A stretch of 63,566 nucleotides of DNA, filler included, from Reclinomonas americana ATCC 50394 (taxonomy: Eukaryota): assembly GCA_048213135.1 (NCBI GenBank). It is 19 parts of 19 records of this genome, joined end to end, with 100 filler letters (N's around TTAATTAATTAA, not from the genome) between each part and the next. Parts side by side here need not be neighbours in the genome. Positions count along the whole stretch, not along the records: positions 50,045 to 61,003 come from AFZH01020040.1; positions 61,104 to 62,310 come from AFZH01020042.1; positions 62,411 to 63,566 come from AFZH01020047.1; 16 more parts are not named here. One strand, 5' to 3'. Below, piece after piece: positions 58,765-63,566 of this stretch. Numbering within the stretch: position 1 is the stretch's first letter; every line of letters starts with the position of its first letter. The translations under genes were made by a program, and so were the position numbers. Under the pieces are notes generated by a model. That model worked only from the letters and a program-made list of their open reading frames with translations, searched no databases and was not told the origin of the DNA.

Positions 58765-59404
58765 GATCAAAGCGCTCAAGGACAGCGGCGAATTCGAGGG
58801 CTACGGCTCGACCTTCGGGGGCGAACCGGATGCCTATGGCGATGTCATCGCGGCGGGCGCATATGCCGACAGCCTCGCGGCGCACCAGGCCAAGGGCACG
58901 ATGCCCAAGCTGTTCTGGCAGCACAACGCCGACGAACCGATCGGAAAGTGGCTGGAGGCGAAGGAAGACGATCACGGCCTGCTGATGCGCGGCAAGCTGA
59001 ACATGAGCGTTCAGCGCGGCCGCGAGGCGCACGCGCTCCTCAAGGACGGCGACATCGACGGCCTGTCGATCGGATACCGGGTGAAGAAGTACAGCATCGA
59101 TGCGGAATCGGGCGTCTGGACGCTCGAAAAGCTAGACCTCATCGAGGTCAGCGTCGTGTCGGTCGGCGCCAACGAGAACGCGGTCGTGCAGAACGTCAAA
59201 GCGGCCAAGGCCGCGCACGACCTGATGGAACGCCTGAAAGCCGGGGACCGGCTGACGGAGCGCGAATTCGAGACCTGGCTCAAGGGATTGGGCCTGTCGA
59301 ATTCGCAGGCGGAGCGCGCCGCGCGCATCCACCTGAAGGGGCAGGGGGAACCTGCCGGAGCGGCTGACGACGGGCTCGCATTCCTGCAGGCCCTGACGGG
59401 CTGA
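58733..59404 (+). CDS. HK97 family prohead protease
   Basis: GEFEGYGSTF, LFWQHN..EPIGKW, GLSIGY and EVSVV. Confidence 0.94.
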   Translation: MTRTQTAPLLEIKALKDSGEFEGYGSTFGGEPDAYGDVIAAGAYADSLAAHQAKGTMPKLFWQHNADEPIGKWLEAKEDDHGLLMRGKLNMSVQRGREAHALLKDGDIDGLSIGYRVKKYSIDAESGVWTLEKLDLIEVSVVSVGANENAVVQNVKAAKAAHDLMERLKAGDRLTEREFETWLKGLGLSNSQAERAARIHLKGQGEPAGAADDGLAFLQALTG

Positions 59405-59436
59405 AGGCCCCCAACCTCAACATCTTCGGAGCTACC

Positions 59437-60831
59437 ATGAAGACCTTCCTGTCGCTGATGGCGGCCGGCCTGATGGCCCTTGCCTTCATCACCTCCGGCG
59501 CCGATGCGCATGCCGCTGTCGGTCCCGTCCTCGCATCTACCTCGCTCGTCCCGCTGGCTCTTGCCGGCGCCGGCAGCATCGCCCGTATCGCCTCCTGCGC
59601 CTTCGGCCCGCGCATCGCTTTCGACAAGCCGAACGAAGGTGGCAGCGGCGGCAAGAGCGCGGCCGAGCTGGCCGCCGAGTTCAAGCGCGACTTCGAGACC
59701 AAGCACGACAAGGTCAAGGAGATCGCCGAAAAGGCGCTCGCCGAAGCCGAGAAGGGCACTCCTCTTGCCCAGACTGCCAAGGAGCTCGCCGACCAGGCGA
59801 TCACGGCCATGACCGAGGCCAAGGCCCGCATGGACGAGATCGAGCAGAAGATGGCTCGCGGTCGTGGTGGTGACGACTCCCCCCGCACTGCCGGCGAGCG
59901 CTTCGTCGAGGACGAGGGCTTCAAGGCGTTCGCTGCTCAGACCCGCCCGCGGGGCCGCGCCATCGTCGAGGTGAAGGACATCACGTCGCTCACCACCGAC
60001 GCGGCGGGCTCGGTCGGCACGCTGATCCAGCCGCAGCGCGTCGCCGGCACCGAGTTGCCCCAGCGCCGCATGACCATCCGCGCGCTGCTCGCCCAGGGCC
60101 GTACGTCCTCGAACTCGATCGAGTACGACAAGGAGAAGGTGTTCACCAACTCCGCCGCCCCGGTCGCGGAAGGTGCCGCCAAGCCGCAGTCCGAGCTCCA
60201 GTACGAGGAGGCCACCGCTCCGGTGCGCACGATCGCTCACTGGATGCGCGCCTCGGTGCAGATCCTGGCGGACGTCCCGGCGCTTGCGTCGATCATCGAC
60301 CAGCGCCTGCGCTACGGCCTGTCCTATGTCGAGGAGACGCAGCTCCTGACCGGTTCCGGTTCCGGCCAGAACCTCTCTGGCCTGATCACCAACGCCACCG
60401 CCTATTCGGCGCCGGGCAGTCTCACGGCTTCGACGCCGGTCGATGTCGTGCGCCTGATGCTCCTGCAGGTGGCGCTGGCCGAGTATCCGGCGAACGGCAT
60501 CGTCATGAACCCGATCGACATGGCGGCGATCGAGATGCTCAAGGACACCGCCGGCGGCTATCTCATCGGTGACCCGCAGGGCACGATGCAGAAGCGCCTG
60601 TGGGGCCTCCCGGTCGTCGAGACGCAGGCGATCACCGTCGACAAGGCGCTCGTCGGCGCCTTCGACCTCGCCGCGCAGATCTTCGACCGCCAGGACGCCA
60701 CGGTCGAGGTGTCGACCGAGGACCAGGACAACTTCATCAAGAACAAGGTCACGATCCGCGCGGAAGAGCGGCTCGCCCTGGCGATCTATCGCCCGGCCGC
60801 CCTGGTCTACGGCGATCTCGGTCGCGTCTGA
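59437..60831 (+). CDS. HK97 family major capsid protein
   Basis: VAEGAAKPQS, TIAHW, LWGLPVV and FIKNKVTIRAEERLAL; hydrophobic N-terminal extension. Confidence 0.95.
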   Translation: MKTFLSLMAAGLMALAFITSGADAHAAVGPVLASTSLVPLALAGAGSIARIASCAFGPRIAFDKPNEGGSGGKSAAELAAEFKRDFETKHDKVKEIAEKALAEAEKGTPLAQTAKELADQAITAMTEAKARMDEIEQKMARGRGGDDSPRTAGERFVEDEGFKAFAAQTRPRGRAIVEVKDITSLTTDAAGSVGTLIQPQRVAGTELPQRRMTIRALLAQGRTSSNSIEYDKEKVFTNSAAPVAEGAAKPQSELQYEEATAPVRTIAHWMRASVQILADVPALASIIDQRLRYGLSYVEETQLLTGSGSGQNLSGLITNATAYSAPGSLTASTPVDVVRLMLLQVALAEYPANGIVMNPIDMAAIEMLKDTAGGYLIGDPQGTMQKRLWGLPVVETQAITVDKALVGAFDLAAQIFDRQDATVEVSTEDQDNFIKNKVTIRAEERLALAIYRPAALVYGDLGRV

Positions 60832-60846
60832 GTTCGGCTGATGAAG

Positions 60847-60869
60847 GAGGGCGGCGCGTTGCCGCCCTC
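60847..60869 (+). terminator. Hairpin after the capsid gene
   Basis: GAGGGCGGC-GCGTT-GCCGCCCTC. Confidence 0.55.
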
Positions 60870-60903
60870 TCTATGAGCCGAAGGAGGATCATCATGGAAT
60901 CGG

Positions 60904-60947
60904 CGTAATAACTTCGTATAGCATACATTAGTACCGAAGTTATACGA
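60904..60947 (+). other. Untrimmed 454 Titanium paired-end linker (loxP-containing) with two inserted bases
   Basis: CGTAATAACTTCGTATAGCATACATTAgTACcGAAGTTATACGA versus linker CGTAATAACTTCGTATAGCATACATTATACGAAGTTATACGA. Confidence 0.93.
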
Positions 60948-61103
60948 GATCCCAGTCGACGAGATCATCGAAGCGCTGCCAGCTGCGCCGGCGATCTGAG
61001 TCGNNNNNNNNNNNNNNNNNNNNNNNNNNNNNNNNNNNNNNNNNNNNTTAATTAATTAANNNNNNNNNNNNNNNNNNNNNNNNNNNNNNNNNNNNNNNNN
61101 NNN

Positions 61104-62310
61104 GCGCCGGCTATCTGCTGTCGAAGGCGACGCAGGCCAAGGCCAACAAGGAAGCCGAGAGCCGGCCGGTCTATGGCGTCTCCGGTGGTGGCAACCTGCC
61201 GCGCTCCGGCGATCGCATCCCGGTGGTCTATGGCCGCTGCTGGAACACGCCCGACCTCTCGCAGCCGGACTACACGATCTACGACGGCGACGACCAGGTG
61301 CTCTACAAGCGCCTGACCATCGGCTGCGGCAAGTATGCGATCAAGTCGATCCGCGTCGGCGGCATCACGATGTGGACGGATAGCGGCGGCCTGACGCCGC
61401 CCTTCACCGGCGCCAATTTCGAGGTGATCCAGCCGGGTGGCTATTCCAGCCTGGTGCCGGGCGCCGTCGCCACCGTGCAGGCGGTCTCCAGCAACGAGCT
61501 GCCGCGGGTCACCGATTTCCCGAACTGGGCAGGCCCGTTCGACTTCGGTGTCGATGCGCCGAACCAGAGCCGGATCCAGCTCGATTACTCGCTGCCCCAG
61601 GGCGTCTATGCCGTGCCGCAATCGGGCAAGTTCCAGGGCCAGCAGTTCCCGACCGATTGGGGCGTGACCTTCGAATATGCGCCCTGCGACGAGGACGGCA
61701 ACGTCATCGGCAGCTGGTCGACGCTCTACACCGACGGCGGCAATGCGCTGTCGACGAGGGCGATGCGCTTTACCCGTTTCGTCACGATCCCGGCCGGCCC
61801 TGGACGCTATACCTTCCGCGCCCGCAACATCGGCGCGCCGGCGACGGCCGAGCATCCCTCGGGCTTCACCGCCGACATCACCAATATCGTGATTTGGGAA
61901 GGCCTGCGCTCGCACATCCCGGAATTCATCGCGCGGCCGGGCGTCACCGAGCTTGCCATGGTGATCCGCTCCGGCAAGGCGCTGGGTGTCACCTCGTTTG
62001 GCGAGGTCGAGGTCGAGAGCAGCAAGATTCTGCCGGTCTGGTACGGCCTGCCGACTGGCTGGGTCGAGCAGGAGACCGACAAATGCGTCTGGGCGGCCGC
62101 CGATATCCTGCGCAACCAGCTGCACGGCGCCGGCATCGAGGACGGCACGGTCGATATCGCGCGGCTGAAGCATTACTTCGACACGCTGACGGACTACGAC
62201 ACCTTCTCCGGCGTGATCCGCGGGCCGATCTCGGTCTATGAGGCGCTCTCGACCGTGCTCGGCCCGATGCGCGCCTCGCCGCTGCGCCTCGGCTCGATCT
62301 GGACGATCGT
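61104..62310 (+). CDS. Tail tip / host-specificity protein (lambda J / TipJ-like), internal fragment
   Basis: GNLPRSGDRIPVVYGR...PDL...LTIGCGKY...GRYTFRARN...WAAADILRNQLHGAG. Confidence 0.8.
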
Positions 62311-62410
62311 NNNNNNNNNNNNNNNNNNNNNNNNNNNNNNNNNNNNNNNNNNNNTTAATTAATTAANNNNNNNNNNNNNNNNNNNNNNNNNNNNNNNNNN
62401 NNNNNNNNNN

Positions 62411-62452
<42 letters not shown>

Positions 62453-63530
62453 GAGAGAGACGGCGAGGTGTCATTTGCTGCAGATCGCGCTTGATGAGGC
62501 CCGTGAGCTGTCATTCGTCTGACAATGCGGCAGAGACTGTGGTCAGATTGAGGTCGGCATTCGCTGAAGAAGGAAACAGAGATGGCAGGCTATTACCCTC
62601 TGCGGACTTGTTGCTTAAAGCGAGGGCAGTGAGACAACAGAGATGTGTGGGACAGCCTGCTTCTCTCTTTTCATTCACCAAGAAGAGATAGAGAAATCCA
62701 GCGATGCATTAAGAGACAGATCGCATTCTGTGAGTCTCTGCGCGCGAGTTTGTGAGAGCGAGAATCATTAGCGAAGAAAGACCTGTGGCTGTATGGCAAG
62801 GGATTTGTGGACAGTTGTCGAATTATTGTGATATGGTGAAGTGTTTTGTTATTCTCTCTCATTCCATCTGCTCACAGACGCCGTTCTTCGCGCTCTGCTG
62901 CGTGCCGAGTTCTCTCGATTCGCCTCGACGGATCCGTTCGCCACCCTGCGCGGTGCGACGCTGACCACCAAGTTCCTCGATGCCTATGTCCGTTGCGTTG
63001 CCGAGCACAGAATGGCGGCGGCATCTCTCTTCACTATTTTGCACTCACTGGCCCCGCCCACACAGAGCGCGGCAACGTCTCCGCCTACCTGCTCCAACTG
63101 CTCCACGACGTCCTCGGTCGCATCATCCAGTCGCCCGCCAGCTTCGAGATCGACATTGAGTTGCGTTTACGTCGCGTTCAATAGGTGTCCACGTTTTCAT
63201 GCCCTCTTTTCTGATGCACGGGGTCTCATTCCCTCTCCCGCCGCTACTGCATTTCGCTCCGTTTTCTACACGCGCTTGCTCTCCTTTCCTCTCGTGGCCT
63301 CTTCTCCTGCTTGTTTCCAATCACGCTTATCTGCATTCTTGTTTTCTGCTCGTCACTTTCCTGTTGTTGTCCATTCACGCTTGCTCACTCCCCCTCTTGC
63401 TCTCATTCCTCGTCCGCATCTCACTCGCGCCAGTTGCTCTTCCTTTCTCTTTTCCTCGCCTTCTGTCCCCTCTCGTTTCGTGTCGCCGCGCGTGGTCTTT
63501 GTCTTTCCCCAAGTCTCTCTCTCTCACTCT

Positions 63531-63562
<32 letters not shown>

Positions 63563-63566
63563 CTCC
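62411..63566. other. Eukaryotic contig
   Basis: (GA)n/(CT)n tracts, polypyrimidine-rich introns and spliced exons. Confidence 0.9.
62878..63159 (+). CDS. RasGAP-domain protein, two internal exons (62878-62991 and 63066-63159)
   Basis: Spliced AVLRALLRAEF...TLRGATLTTKFLDAYVQRGNVSAYLLQLLHDVLGRIIQSPASFEIDI resembles the RasGAP pattern (LFRGNSLxTK...YL...L...I...SxEIDP); CAG acceptors and GTTGCG donors. Confidence 0.75.

Larger units (their letters stand above)
44704..62310. mobile_element. HK97/lambda-like temperate prophage (partial, gapped)
   Basis: Leftward int-xis, NinB, YqaJ and ERF; rightward helicase, MTase, replication protein, NusG-like, HNH, terS, terL, portal, protease, capsid and tail tip. 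Confidence 0.9.

Noticed and set aside
60908..60943. Natural loxP site or Cre-lox system in the prophage
   Set aside because: The flanks match the 454 Titanium paired-end linker, it lies near a contig end, and no Cre-like gene is adjacent.

Overview
The window is not one biological locus. It is 19 contigs joined by 18 identical 100-nt artificial spacers (N44-TTAATTAATTAA-N44), and 454 adapter and linker remnants are still present. The two outer contigs (1-5568 and 62411-63566) are intron- and microsatellite-rich DNA from a microbial eukaryote. They carry a TCERG1/Prp40-like FF-domain gene end, a complete 6-exon SLAC1/TehA (TDT) anion-channel gene, a PH-domain gene start and RasGAP exons. The inner ~56.6 kb is high-GC alphaproteobacterial DNA (probably Hyphomicrobiales; inferred). 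It begins with a penicillin acylase, an Lrp regulator, a Met/Cys PLP lyase and a LOG gene. A near-complete Mu-like transposable prophage follows (from 9496), then a GTA-type large terminase gene cut off by a second, HK97/lambda-like prophage. Main points of interest: (1) the second prophage appears integrated inside the GTA terminase gene and removes its C-terminal nuclease motif, while the Mu-like phage sits just behind an orphan promoter that may be the GTA promoter; (2) the Mu-like early operon encodes stand-alone domains resembling four host master regulators (DnaA, GcrA, CtrA, and LexA fused to an RHH domain); (3) an Acb2-like cyclic-nucleotide sponge lies behind a structured leader; (4) a long MuF protein with a nuclease-like extension is followed by a structured RNA rather than an immunity gene; (5) a perfect palindrome marks two late promoters. 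All family assignments come from motif recognition by eye, not from database searches.
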